DNA of 64,000 nt from Vicinamibacteria bacterium (GCA_963668695.2 CAXXLQ010000004.1:2304001-2368000), one strand, 5' to 3'; positions 20,794-30,428 are shown, counted from the first letter of the stretch. Made by a program: numbers and translations. The notes: generated from the letters alone by a model not told the origin.

Positions 20794-22155
20794 ATGCCCC
20801 AACCGTCGAAAGACCCCGCGTCACCTGGATCCTGGAAGGATCGTCGCCTCCCGACGATCGCATCCCTGTGCCGGACGCTCGCGCAGGACGCCGCCCCGGA
20901 GGGGGTGCCGGCAACCCTCCGCGGATGGCTGGCCGGACGGCGTTCGAGTGGCAAGCTGCTATTTCTCAGCTTCAGGGATGGCTCCGGCTTTGCCCAGGTG
21001 GTTGTCGCGAAGGCGGCGGTTCCGGCCGATACCTTCGAAAAGGCCCGGCACTGTCCTTTGGAGAGTGCGGTCGAGATCGTCGGGGCAGCGTTTTCCGAGC
21101 CCCGCGCACCCGGCGGAATGGAGATCCGGGCCTCGGGTTTTGCGGTCCTGCACGCCGCCGATCCCTATCCCATCACTCCGAAGGAACACGGGACTTCCTT
21201 CCTGCTCGACCACCGGCATCTGTGGCTGAGATCCAGGAAACAACACGCGCTGCTCCGGATTCGGGACGAGGTTCTTCACGCGTTCCGGGAATACCTGCGG
21301 GAACAGGATTTCGTGAACGCCGACACGCCGATCTTCACCCCGAACGCCTGCGAAGGGACAACCACCCTCTTCGAGACCCGCTATTTCGATCGCCGGGCCT
21401 ATTTGAGCCAAAGCGGCCAGTTGTATAACGAGGCCATCGCCATGTCAGTGGGACGGACGTACTGCCTCGGGCCCACTTTCCGGGCCGAAAAGTCGAAGAC
21501 ACGCCGCCATCTCATCGAGTTCTGGATGCTGGAGCCCGAGGTGGCCTTCGCGGAACTCGGGGACATCATCGACCTTGCGGAGGGCCTCATCTGCCACGCC
21601 GTTTCACGCGTTCTCGAGAACCGGGCGACCGAACTCGAGATCCTGGGACGGGAAACGGCTCCGCTTGAACGAATCCGGGCACCGTTCCCCCGCGTGACCT
21701 ACGACGAGGCGGCCGAGATCCTGGCCCGCAAGGGAACCGGCTTTACACTGGGGGACGACTTCGGGGCACAGGACGAGACGGCTCTCACCGAGGACCTGGA
21801 CCGTCCTCTTTGCATCACGCACTTCCCGGCCGCGATCAAGGCCTTCTACATGGAACCCGATCCCCAGCGCCCGGATCGGGTCCTCTGCCTCGACATCATT
21901 GCCCCGGAGGGTTACGGCGAGGTTGTCGGCGGGGGCCAGCGCATCCACGACTACGAACTGCTACGCCGGCGCGTGCGCGAACATGACCTGCCGGAAGACG
22001 CCTTCGAGTGGTATCTCGATCTCCGCCGGTACGGGACGACCCCGCACTCCGGTTTCGGGCTCGGAATCGAGCGCTTCGTCGCCTGGATGTCGGGACTCTC
22101 CCATCTCAGGGAGGCGATTGCCTTCCCCCGCACCTTGTACCGGCTGGCCCCGTGA
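20794..22155 (+). CDS. asnS: Asparagine--tRNA ligase
   Basis: RHLWLRS, AYLSQSGQLY, GPTFRAEKSKTRRHL.EFWMLEPE, PHSGFGLGIER. Confidence 0.97.
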   Translation: MPQPSKDPASPGSWKDRRLPTIASLCRTLAQDAAPEGVPATLRGWLAGRRSSGKLLFLSFRDGSGFAQVVVAKAAVPADTFEKARHCPLESAVEIVGAAFSEPRAPGGMEIRASGFAVLHAADPYPITPKEHGTSFLLDHRHLWLRSRKQHALLRIRDEVLHAFREYLREQDFVNADTPIFTPNACEGTTTLFETRYFDRRAYLSQSGQLYNEAIAMSVGRTYCLGPTFRAEKSKTRRHLIEFWMLEPEVAFAELGDIIDLAEGLICHAVSRVLENRATELEILGRETAPLERIRAPFPRVTYDEAAEILARKGTGFTLGDDFGAQDETALTEDLDRPLCITHFPAAIKAFYMEPDPQRPDRVLCLDIIAPEGYGEVVGGGQRIHDYELLRRRVREHDLPEDAFEWYLDLRRYGTTPHSGFGLGIERFVAWMSGLSHLREAIAFPRTLYRLAP

Positions 22156-22184
22156 AGCCCACCAGGAGTCTGTTCCGGTAATGG

Positions 22185-22348
22185 CGCGAGCACCGCGGCC
22201 GGTGAGGCCCAGTTCTCCCGGTGGGGCCAGTCCTCCCGGTGGGGGCCCGGCTGACAAGGCGCGAACGGGAGGAATACCGGGTGTATTGCGACCGATTCGC
22301 AACGCAGAGCGAAGCGGTTCAGCAGGGATGCATCGCGGGTCGAATGCC
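22185..22348. repeat. Degenerate MITE fragment between asnS and rimO
   Basis: GGCCCAGTTCTCCCGGTGGGGCCAGTCCTCCCGGTGGGGGCCCGGCTGACAAGGCGCG core with many substitutions downstream. Confidence 0.75.
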
Positions 22349-23749
22349 GTGCGATTACCGGGACAGGCTCCTAAGGTGGGGCTGGTGAGCCTCGGATGCG
22401 CGAAGAACCTGCTCGACAGCGAGGTCATGGCAGGCGTCCTCACCAGCCGCGGATTCGAGATGACATCCGATCTGGCGGAGGCGGAGGCGCTCGTGGTGAA
22501 CACCTGCGGGTTCATTGGTCCGGCGAAGGAGGAGGGGGTGAACGCCATCCTCGAGTTGGCGCAGTTCAAGAACCGCGGCCGGTGCCGGCGATTGGTGGTG
22601 GCCGGATGCCTGGCGCAGCGGTATGCGAGCGAGCTCGCGCGTGAGATCCCCGAGATCGACGCGGTCCTCGGGCTCGACGAGGTCGAACGCATTGCGGATG
22701 TCCTGATCGCTCCCGAGCGGCGGACCCCGCCGCTACGCGCCGACCAATCGGTCACCTGGCTCTACGACCACACTACCCCCCGGATTCGTTCCACCCCGCC
22801 GCACATCGCCTACATCAAGGTGGCCGAGGGCTGCGACTATCCCTGCACGTTCTGTGTGATCCCGCAGATTCGTGGACATTTCCGCAGTCGTGATCCGGAT
22901 TCGGTGCTCGCCGAGGCGGAGTCGCTGGCCCGGACGGGTACCCGGGAACTCATTCTGGTGGCGCAGGATACGACCGCCTACGGCAAGGATCTCGGGATCC
23001 GGCACGGGCTCGCGAAACTCCTGCGCCAGCTCGCCGAAGTGAGCGGCATCGCCTGGGTGCGTTTCCTCTACGCCTATCCGACAACGCTCGATGACGAGGT
23101 ACTCGGGGCGATGGCGGAGGTCCCGGAAGTCTGTCGTTACGTGGACATCCCGCTGCAGCACGCGAGCCGCCGAGTCCTGCGGGACATGCGTCGTCCCGGG
23201 AATCGGGACAGCAACGAGCGGCTCCTCGCGCGGATCCGCGAGGCAGTGCCCGGGGTCGCCATCCGAAGCACCTTCATCGTCGGGTTTCCCGGGGAAACCG
23301 AAGAAGAGTTCCGGGAGCTCCACGACTTCGTGGAAGGAGCCCGGTTCGACGCGATGGGAGCGTTTGTCTATTCGAACGAAGAGTCCGCCGCTTCGTTCGT
23401 GGAGCGCGAAGTGGTTTCGGAAGCCGAGAAGGAAGAACGCCGGGCACGCCTCATGGAGCTGCAACGGGGTATCGCTCTCGCCCGCCACCGCGAAATGGTC
23501 GGGAGCGTTGTTCCGGTGCTGGTGGACGGCGACGCTGAAGAGAGCGAGTTGCTCACGGCCGGGCGGACCGAAAAACAGGCGCCGGACGTGGACGCCCGCG
23601 TCCTCATCGTGGATGGGGAGGCGCCGGCAGGCCGGTTTGTGGACGTGAAGATCACCGAGGCGCATCCGGAGGATCTGGTGGGCGAAGCTCTCGGAGGGAC
23701 CGATTTCCGGAGCCCCGACAGATCCGCGAGCTGTCCCCTATCCAGATAG
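22349..23749 (+). CDS. rimO: Ribosomal protein S12 methylthiotransferase (alternative start ATG 22181)
   Basis: SLGCAKNLLDSE, VNTCGFI, radical SAM CDYPCTFC, APDVD TRAM tail. Confidence 0.95.
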   Translation: MRLPGQAPKVGLVSLGCAKNLLDSEVMAGVLTSRGFEMTSDLAEAEALVVNTCGFIGPAKEEGVNAILELAQFKNRGRCRRLVVAGCLAQRYASELAREIPEIDAVLGLDEVERIADVLIAPERRTPPLRADQSVTWLYDHTTPRIRSTPPHIAYIKVAEGCDYPCTFCVIPQIRGHFRSRDPDSVLAEAESLARTGTRELILVAQDTTAYGKDLGIRHGLAKLLRQLAEVSGIAWVRFLYAYPTTLDDEVLGAMAEVPEVCRYVDIPLQHASRRVLRDMRRPGNRDSNERLLARIREAVPGVAIRSTFIVGFPGETEEEFRELHDFVEGARFDAMGAFVYSNEESAASFVEREVVSEAEKEERRARLMELQRGIALARHREMVGSVVPVLVDGDAEESELLTAGRTEKQAPDVDARVLIVDGEAPAGRFVDVKITEAHPEDLVGEALGGTDFRSPDRSASCPLSR

Positions 23750-23846
23750 AGACGGCCAGTCCACCTCTCGGGAGAGGGGCGGGACATCCGCGCCGCGGGC
23801 TTTCCCGACTGAGATTCGCGTCTGCTTCAGCGATCTCGGAGTGGGG

Positions 23847-23940
23847 TATACTCAGTCGTTCGGGTGCGGCCGGGGTGGGCCGGGGTGGGGTCGCTCCCGT
23901 TTGTTCCTTGACCCGTCGCGCTCCGGTGCGGCGGGTTTTC
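23847..23940 (+). promoter_or_regulatory. rimP-nusA leader: -10 box and terminator-like hairpin
   Basis: TATACT at 23847; ACCCGTCGC-N8-GCGGCGGGT followed by T residues at 23911-23939. Confidence 0.5.
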
Positions 23941-23971
23941 TCCGATCCCCCAATTTCGAGAGGCTGTACGC

Positions 23972-24520
23972 ATTTCGCAAGAAGAACCGGACCCGCAGCG
24001 CCTTCACCAAGCGGGCGACGATCTCGCCGCGCACATCGAGAGACTGGCGCGGCGAGCGGCGGCGAGTGCTCAGGTTGAGTTGGCATGGATCGAGATCAAG
24101 GGACCGCGCAGCGGACGGCGGGTACGGGTTTTCATCGAGCGAACCGACGATGCGGTAGGGCTGAGAGATTGCGAACGGGTGAACGAAAAGCTGTCCGCAC
24201 TCCTCGATCTGGAGGATCCGATTCCCGGGACCTACACCCTCGAGGTGAGCACGCCGGGTCTCGATCGTCCGCTGCGTTCGGTCGAGGAGTGCCGGCGATT
24301 CCTCGGGCGGCGGGTTCGGATACGCCACCGGATGGAGAATCGACAGGACACCGTGACCGCAACGCTGCGGGCGGTGAAGGAGGACGGCGTCCTCTGCCTG
24401 AATGGGCCCAACGCAGAGCGGCAAATCGCCTGGAGCGAGGTTCTCGCGGCCCGTCTCGCTCCGGACTTCGAGGCCCTGCTCGGAAGGGGTCCCGGCGAGC
24501 GGAGGAGCCAGTCGAGCTGA
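23972..24520 (+). CDS. rimP: Ribosome maturation factor RimP (likely ATT start)
   Basis: VRVFIE, DCERVN..LS..LD.EDPI...YTLEVSTPGLDRPL; frame continues upstream of TTG 24080 to GAGAGG-N8-ATT. Confidence 0.9.
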   Translation: MSQEEPDPQRLHQAGDDLAAHIERLARRAAASAQVELAWIEIKGPRSGRRVRVFIERTDDAVGLRDCERVNEKLSALLDLEDPIPGTYTLEVSTPGLDRPLRSVEECRRFLGRRVRIRHRMENRQDTVTATLRAVKEDGVLCLNGPNAERQIAWSEVLAARLAPDFEALLGRGPGERRSQSS

Positions 24521-26829
24521 TGGCTGCCATCGAGGAACTCGCCGCGGAAGTGGATCGGGCCGAGATCATCGCGAGCGTGGAACAGGCAGCAGCGCTGGCC
24601 GCTTCGCGCAGTAGCGGCCTCTCGTTGCGCGCCCGCCTCGATGCCGAAAAAGGACATCTCGTGTGCTACGTGGTGAAGCGCGTGGCCAAGGAGGTGCAGG
24701 ATCCCGAAACTGAGGTCGGAGTGGAGGCAGCTCCCGATGGTTTTTCCCCGGGAGATCTGGTGGAGGTTGAGGTTCCCTTCGGGACGGCGGCCCGCAGCGC
24801 GGCACGGGCGGCCGGCGCGGTACTCGAGGCGCGCCTCCGAGCCGCGCGGATGCTCTCCCGCGCCGAACCGTACCGCGACCGTGTCGGCAAGCTGGAAACG
24901 GCGATCGTCGCCCGTCGCGAAGGGCAGGACCTCATCGTCAACCTCGGTCCGGTAGAGGGACGGCTGCCTGCCGAAGAACAGAGCCGACACGAGGTCTTCA
25001 ATCCGGAAGAAACCATCCGGGTGGCGGTGCACTCCATCGAGCCCGACGATCCTCCCGTCATCCTGTCCCGGATTGCCCCGGCAGTGCTCGCGGGCCTCAT
25101 CGAACGCGAGACCCCGGAGGTTCGCCGCGGAGTGGTCGAGGTTCGAGCGGTGGCACGCCATCCCGGCATCCGGGCGAAGGTGGCGGTATCGAGCGCCGTG
25201 CCCGGAGTGGACCCCGTAGCCGCCTGCCTCGGGCCGGGAGGCTCTCGCATACGTGCTGTAAGCCTCGAGCTCCGCGGTGAACGAGTGGATGTGGTTCTCT
25301 GGGACAAAACGATGGAGAAGTTTGCGCGCAATGCGCTTCGCCCAGCGGAAGTGCTCGACATCTGTACGGTGGACGAGGAATCTCAAGACGGGGGGTCGCG
25401 GAGGCTCCGCGAAAAGGGCGGGTTGCTGGTGACCGTTTCCGAAGCCGAGCTCCCGCGGACCCTCGGCAAGCGTGGTCAGAACGTTCGCCTGGCGTCCGAA
25501 CTGCTCGGAGTTGACATCGAAGTGGTGGCCGAGGGCGATGCACAGGAAGCAGACGAACGGAGCTCTCGCCGGGAGGACGCCCTCGACACCGGCTCTCCCG
25601 GGCGTGGTCCCCGCGATACGGAGTATCCCCGGCGCGGTCCCCGCGATACGGAGTATCCCGGGCGTGGTCCCCGCGATACGGAGTATCCCCGGCGTGGTCC
25701 CCGCGATACGGAGTATCCCCGGCGTGGTCCCCGCGATACGGAGTATCCCCGGCGTGGTCCCCGCGATACGGAGTATCCCCGGCGCGGTCCCCGCGATACG
25801 GAGTATCCCCGGCGTGGTCCCCGCGATACGGAGTATCCCCGGCGCGGTCCCCGCGATGCGGAGTATCCCCGGCGTGGTCCCCGCGATGCGGAGTCTCCCC
25901 GGCGCGGTCCCCGCGATGCGGAGTATCCCCGGCGCGGTCCCCGCGATGCGGAGTATCCCCGGCGTGGTCCCCGCGATGCGGAGTCTCCCCCCCGGCGTGG
26001 TCCCCGCGATGCGGAGTCTCCCCCCCGGCGTGGTCCCCGCGATACGGAGTATCCCCGGCGTGGTCCCCGCGATACGGAGTATCCCCGGCGTGGTCCCCGC
26101 GATACGGAGTATCCCCGGCGTGGTCCCCGCGATGCGGAGTCTCCCCGGCGTGGTCCCCGCGATACGGAGTATCCCCGGCGTGGTCCCCGCGATACGGAGT
26201 ATCCCCGGCGCGGTCCCCGCGATACGGAGTATCCCCGGCGCGGTCCCCGCGATACGGAGTATCCCCGGCGCGGTCCCCGCGATACGGAGTATCCCCGGCG
26301 TGGTCCCCGCGATGCGGAGTATCCCCGGCGCGGTCCCCGTGATACGGAGTATCCCCGGCGCGGTCCCCGTGATACGGAGTATCCCCGGCGCGGTCCCCGC
26401 GATGCGGAGTATCCCCGGCGTGGTCCCCGCGATACGGAGTATCCCCGGCGCGGTCCCCGCGATGCGGAGTATCCCCGGCGTGGTCCCCGCGATGCGGAGT
26501 ATCCCCCCCGGCGTGGTCCCCGCGATGCGGAGTCTCCCCGGCGTGGTCCCCGCGATGCGGAGTCTCCCCGGCGTGGTCCCCGCGATGCGGAGTCTCCCCG
26601 GCGTGGTCCCCGCGATGCGGAGTCTCCCCGGCGTGGTCCCCGCGATGCGGAGTATCCCCGGCGTGGTCCCCGCGATACGGGGTCTTCCCGGCGGAATCCC
26701 GACCAGCGGCGGGGAGGACCTGGCGCGCCCTCGCGGGACCACGGACCCCGGAATCAGAAACCACGTCCCCGGCGGGACGATCGGCCGGATCGGGTGAGGG
26801 AATCCGCGCCGGAGTCGCGGGAGCAGTAG
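24520..26829 (+). CDS. nusA: Transcription factor NusA with long C-terminal tandem-repeat tail
   Basis: S1 and KH motifs (ARHPGIRAKVAV, DPVAAC.G..GSRI, GKRGQNVRLASEL); ATG overlaps the rimP TGA; gene order rimP-nusA-infB. Confidence 0.9.
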   Translation: MAAIEELAAEVDRAEIIASVEQAAALAASRSSGLSLRARLDAEKGHLVCYVVKRVAKEVQDPETEVGVEAAPDGFSPGDLVEVEVPFGTAARSAARAAGAVLEARLRAARMLSRAEPYRDRVGKLETAIVARREGQDLIVNLGPVEGRLPAEEQSRHEVFNPEETIRVAVHSIEPDDPPVILSRIAPAVLAGLIERETPEVRRGVVEVRAVARHPGIRAKVAVSSAVPGVDPVAACLGPGGSRIRAVSLELRGERVDVVLWDKTMEKFARNALRPAEVLDICTVDEESQDGGSRRLREKGGLLVTVSEAELPRTLGKRGQNVRLASELLGVDIEVVAEGDAQEADERSSRREDALDTGSPGRGPRDTEYPRRGPRDTEYPGRGPRDTEYPRRGPRDTEYPRRGPRDTEYPRRGPRDTEYPRRGPRDTEYPRRGPRDTEYPRRGPRDAEYPRRGPRDAESPRRGPRDAEYPRRGPRDAEYPRRGPRDAESPPRRGPRDAESPPRRGPRDTEYPRRGPRDTEYPRRGPRDTEYPRRGPRDAESPRRGPRDTEYPRRGPRDTEYPRRGPRDTEYPRRGPRDTEYPRRGPRDTEYPRRGPRDAEYPRRGPRDTEYPRRGPRDTEYPRRGPRDAEYPRRGPRDTEYPRRGPRDAEYPRRGPRDAEYPPRRGPRDAESPRRGPRDAESPRRGPRDAESPRRGPRDAESPRRGPRDAEYPRRGPRDTGSSRRNPDQRRGGPGAPSRDHGPRNQKPRPRRDDRPDRVRESAPESREQ
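25598..26690 (+). repeat. 36 tandem 30-bp units encoding RRGPRD(T/A)E(Y/S)P inside nusA
   Basis: Unit CGGCGYGGTCCCCGCGATRCGGAGTMTCCC; three units carry an extra in-frame CCC. Confidence 0.97.
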
Positions 26830-26835
26830 CTATTT

Positions 26836-29568
26836 ATGCCGTCCACGGTCAGGGTCAGCGACCTCGCCAAAGAGGTTGGGTTGGAGCCCGGAGAACTCCT
26901 CCGGGTTCTTCAGGCGGATTTCGGCGTGCGCGCCCGGACGGTCTCCTCGTCCATCCCGGACGGTGACGCACGAAAGGTAAGGAACCGGCTGCGATTGCAG
27001 CAGCGGCGTGCTTCGCGCCCCGATCGCCGTCTGCAGGCCGCGGAGAACATCCGCCGCGCTGCCGAACAGCGCCTCCTCCGCGATGCCGCAGAAGTGAAGG
27101 CCCGCGGCGAGGCCGAGCGCAGGGCGCGGGAAAGGGCGCGGGAAGAAGCGGAGAAGAAGGCTCAGGAAGAGGCGGAAGCGAGGGCGCAGGCCGAGGAAGC
27201 GGAGGCGCAAAGGCAAGAGCTCGAACGCGCCGCCGCCGAGCGAAAGGCCGAAGAAGAGCGCCAGGCTGCCGAGGCCGCTGCCCGGGGAGCGGCTGAGGCC
27301 CGCAAGCCTGAGACGGCCCGCAAGCTCGAGGAGCAGGCGCAGGAGAAGAGGACAGTCCGCCCGACCGTCCCGGAAACCCCCGCTGGTGAGCGCGATGGTC
27401 GCCGCGGGCGGGTTCGGGATCTTGAGCCGTCCGCCCGTCTGGCTGCGGCCTCCGCGAAGCCCGCCGAACCGGCCCCGGCCAAGCCGCCCTCGCGCCGGAT
27501 CGAGACGCGCAGCATCGCTTCCTCTGCAAGGCCCAGCGAATTCCGACCTGGAGCCACGGACCGCAAGATCGTTCCCACTGTGATCCGACCTGTCCGTCGG
27601 GCCACACCTCCACGAATCCGGGCTACCCCGCCGCCAATGCGTCGAACGCCCGCAGCCCCGCCCAAGCTGCAACGTCCGGGTATGGGCCGCCGATCAAAGG
27701 GGAGACGGCGCCAGGGGCCGGCGGAGACCCCCGAGGTTCTCGATGGATTCGACAGCCAGCTGCCTCCCGGGTTACGGCAGGCGGTGAACCGGGAATCCCG
27801 TACCAACGCGAAGATTGCACTCAGTGAGGCCATTACCGTGAAGGGACTCGCGGAGGCCATGAGCATCCCGACCGTCGAGGTGATCAAGGCGTTGTTGCTT
27901 CATCACGGGCTGGCGGTGTCCATCAATCAGCCGCTCGATGCGGAAACCGCCTCGAAACTGGTTCGCCGGTTCGGAGGTTCGATCATCGAGGCTTCGGCAT
28001 CGAAGGACGAACTGGAGTCTGGCGCCGCGGAACTGTCCGACGAACAGAAAGAGGGGTTGGTCGAGCGCGCCCCGGTGGTCACCGTGATGGGTCATGTGGA
28101 CCACGGCAAGACGAGCCTTCTCGATGCCATCCGTAGCGCGCGGGTCGTGGACACGGAGGCGGGTGGCATTACCCAGCACATGAGCGCCTATTCGGTGGAA
28201 ACGAACGGCCACCGCCTTGTCTTCCTCGACACCCCCGGACACGAAGCGTTTACCAAGATGCGAGCGCGCGGCGCCGGGGTTACCGATGTGGTCGTCCTGG
28301 TGGTGGCGGCCGACGACGGGGTAAAAGAGCAGACGATCGAAGCCCTCAACCACGCCCGCGCCGCCGGGGTTCCCATGGTGGTTGCCGTCAACAAGATGGA
28401 TAAGCCATCAGCCGATCCGGAGCTGGTGATGCGGCAGCTCGCCGAACGCGAGGTGACCCCGGAGGACTGGGGCGGCGACGCCATCTTCTGTCGGGTTTCC
28501 GCCAAGACCCACGAGGGGCTTTCGGATCTGCTGCAATCAGTACTCGACGTGGCCGAACTCGAGGAGCCCACCGCGAATCCGATCGGCCCCGCGCAGGGAG
28601 TCGTCCTTGAGGCCCGCATGGACAAGGGCCGTGGCCCGGTGGCCCAGTTCCTGGTCCAGGGGGGCACGTTGTCCGTCGGTGACACGGTTAGCGCCGGCGC
28701 GGCGTGGGGCAAGGTTCGGGCGATTCTGGACGAATCGGGGCGCCGCCTGAAGACGGCGCCTCCCTCGACGCCCTGCGAGGTGCTCGGACTCACTGAAGTC
28801 CCGGTGGTTGGCGACCGCTTCTCGGCAAGCCAGACGCCTTCCGAAGCGCGCCGGGTGGCGGAAGAGAAGAAGGGCGAAGCACGGCTGCGGTTGATCGAGG
28901 GACGCCAGCGGCTGAACCTCCAGAACCTTCACTCCCAGATGAGCGGCGGGTTGAAGGAGCTCTCGATCGTGGTGAAGGCGGACGTTGGCGGGACCGTGGA
29001 AGCGGTCAGGGACTCTTTGGAGCGTCTCTCCACGGACGAAGTAAAGGTCCGGGTGATCCATGCCGCCGCGGGGGCTGTTTCGGAGAGCGACGTGAACCTG
29101 GCATCGGCTACCGACTCCATCATCGTGGCTTTTGGAGTCCGCCCGGACCCCCAGGCGCAGCGTCTCGCGGAGCAGGAGAGGGTGGAGATTCGCGGCCATA
29201 CGGTCATCTACCACTTGGTCGAGGAGATGCAGAAAGCGCTGGAGGGCCTCCTCGAACCCGAGACCGAGGTCGTCGAGCTCGGCAAGATCGAAGTACGGCA
29301 AACTTTCCAGGTGCCGCGGGTGGGCGTGGTGGCCGGCTCTTACGTCCTCGCCGGCAGTGTTCCCAGAAGCGCCCACGTGCGGTTGGTGCGCGACGGCAGA
29401 CTGGTATATACCGGCCGCATCGGCAGCCTTCGGCGGTTCAAGGAGGATGTGGCCCAGGTTCGCGAGGGCTTCGAATGCGGCGTCGGCATCGCCGGCTACA
29501 ACGACGTGAAGATCGGCGACATCATCGAGGCGTTCCGCGAGGAACAAGTCAGTCCCGTCGCCGGCTAA
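26836..29568 (+). CDS. infB: Translation initiation factor IF-2
   Basis: VTVMGHVDHGKTSLLD, DTPGHEAF, NKMD, FECG. Confidence 0.98.
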   Translation: MPSTVRVSDLAKEVGLEPGELLRVLQADFGVRARTVSSSIPDGDARKVRNRLRLQQRRASRPDRRLQAAENIRRAAEQRLLRDAAEVKARGEAERRARERAREEAEKKAQEEAEARAQAEEAEAQRQELERAAAERKAEEERQAAEAAARGAAEARKPETARKLEEQAQEKRTVRPTVPETPAGERDGRRGRVRDLEPSARLAAASAKPAEPAPAKPPSRRIETRSIASSARPSEFRPGATDRKIVPTVIRPVRRATPPRIRATPPPMRRTPAAPPKLQRPGMGRRSKGRRRQGPAETPEVLDGFDSQLPPGLRQAVNRESRTNAKIALSEAITVKGLAEAMSIPTVEVIKALLLHHGLAVSINQPLDAETASKLVRRFGGSIIEASASKDELESGAAELSDEQKEGLVERAPVVTVMGHVDHGKTSLLDAIRSARVVDTEAGGITQHMSAYSVETNGHRLVFLDTPGHEAFTKMRARGAGVTDVVVLVVAADDGVKEQTIEALNHARAAGVPMVVAVNKMDKPSADPELVMRQLAEREVTPEDWGGDAIFCRVSAKTHEGLSDLLQSVLDVAELEEPTANPIGPAQGVVLEARMDKGRGPVAQFLVQGGTLSVGDTVSAGAAWGKVRAILDESGRRLKTAPPSTPCEVLGLTEVPVVGDRFSASQTPSEARRVAEEKKGEARLRLIEGRQRLNLQNLHSQMSGGLKELSIVVKADVGGTVEAVRDSLERLSTDEVKVRVIHAAAGAVSESDVNLASATDSIIVAFGVRPDPQAQRLAEQERVEIRGHTVIYHLVEEMQKALEGLLEPETEVVELGKIEVRQTFQVPRVGVVAGSYVLAGSVPRSAHVRLVRDGRLVYTGRIGSLRRFKEDVAQVREGFECGVGIAGYNDVKIGDIIEAFREEQVSPVAG

Positions 29569-29598
29569 CAGCGCCGCTCCTTCCCACGGGTTCGCAGA

Positions 29599-29931
29599 GT
29601 GGCCGGCCCCAAGACGCGGGTGGGGCTGCTTCGCATCACCCTGCGTTTGCCGTACGCCCGTTCGCGGAAAGATCGGCGCAGCGTGGTGCGGTCGCTATCG
29701 GATCGGCTGCGCGCCCGCTGCCTCGTTGCGGTTGCCGAAACCGGGGATCCGGAAACGCTCCGTGAGGCCGAGGTTTCGGTGGTTGCCGTCGGCCTCGGCG
29801 AAGAGGTAGTGAGCGCCCGATTGGAAACTGCGAGAAACATCGCCGTTCGCGCGTACCCTTCGGAGGTTGCGGACGCCGCGATCGAGTGGCTGACCGTTGA
29901 GGATTGGCAGCCTGTGGATCAAGTGACGTGA
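29599..29931 (+). CDS. DUF503 (YlxP-like) protein
   Basis: VGLLRITLRLP..RSRKDRRSVVRSL..RLR...AVAE; lies between infB and rbfA. Confidence 0.85.
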   Translation: MAGPKTRVGLLRITLRLPYARSRKDRRSVVRSLSDRLRARCLVAVAETGDPETLREAEVSVVAVGLGEEVVSARLETARNIAVRAYPSEVADAAIEWLTVEDWQPVDQVT

Positions 29932-29993
29932 GCACCGAGGCCCAGCGGGATGCATCGCCGGTCAAACGCCGCGCGACTTTGTCCACCGGCTGC
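29907..29993. mobile_element. Minimal MITE copy (~87 bp)
   Basis: GCAGCCTGTGGATCAAGT ... ACTTTGTCCACCGGCTGC|TA. Confidence 0.75.
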
Positions 29994-29999
29994 TAAGAG

Positions 30000-30428
30000 A
30001 TGAGGACCGGAGGAAGACGCGAGCGGGTGGCGGAAGCCATCCGACGGGAAGTTGCCGGAATCTTGCGATTCGAGTTGGCTGACCCCCGGGTCCGGCGCGC
30101 GACCGTGACCCGGGTTGCGTTGACCGGAGATCTCGGCGCGGCTCGAGTCTACGTGTCGATCTACGGCAGCGACGCCGAACAGAAGGAAACGCTTGCCGTT
30201 CTCGACCGGGCTCGGGGTCGGGTGCGTACCTTGCTGGGTTCACGGGTCCGGCTGCGCGCCACTCCGGAGATTCGGTTTGTCTTCGACCCGTCGGTTGAGT
30301 TCTCGATTCGTCTGGAGCAGATCCTGGACCGGGAGCGCGCTACCCGCCCGGCGGCGCCCGGGAGCAGCGAGTCCGCCGAGGGGGCGGGGGAGGAGGCAAC
30401 CGGCGGAGCCGATGAGGAGGAACCCTGA
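30000..30428 (+). CDS. rbfA: Ribosome-binding factor A
   Basis: RERVAEAIRREVA, DPR, VTRV.LTGDL..ARVY, LRATPEIRFVFDPS. Confidence 0.96.
   Translation: MRTGGRRERVAEAIRREVAGILRFELADPRVRRATVTRVALTGDLGAARVYVSIYGSDAEQKETLAVLDRARGRVRTLLGSRVRLRATPEIRFVFDPSVEFSIRLEQILDRERATRPAAPGSSESAEGAGEEATGGADEEEP

Noticed and set aside
25598-26690. CRISPR array (the unit contains GTGGTCCCCGCG, like type I-E repeats)
   Set aside because: Units are directly tandem with no unique spacers, indels keep the frame, the array is in frame within nusA, and no cas genes are present.
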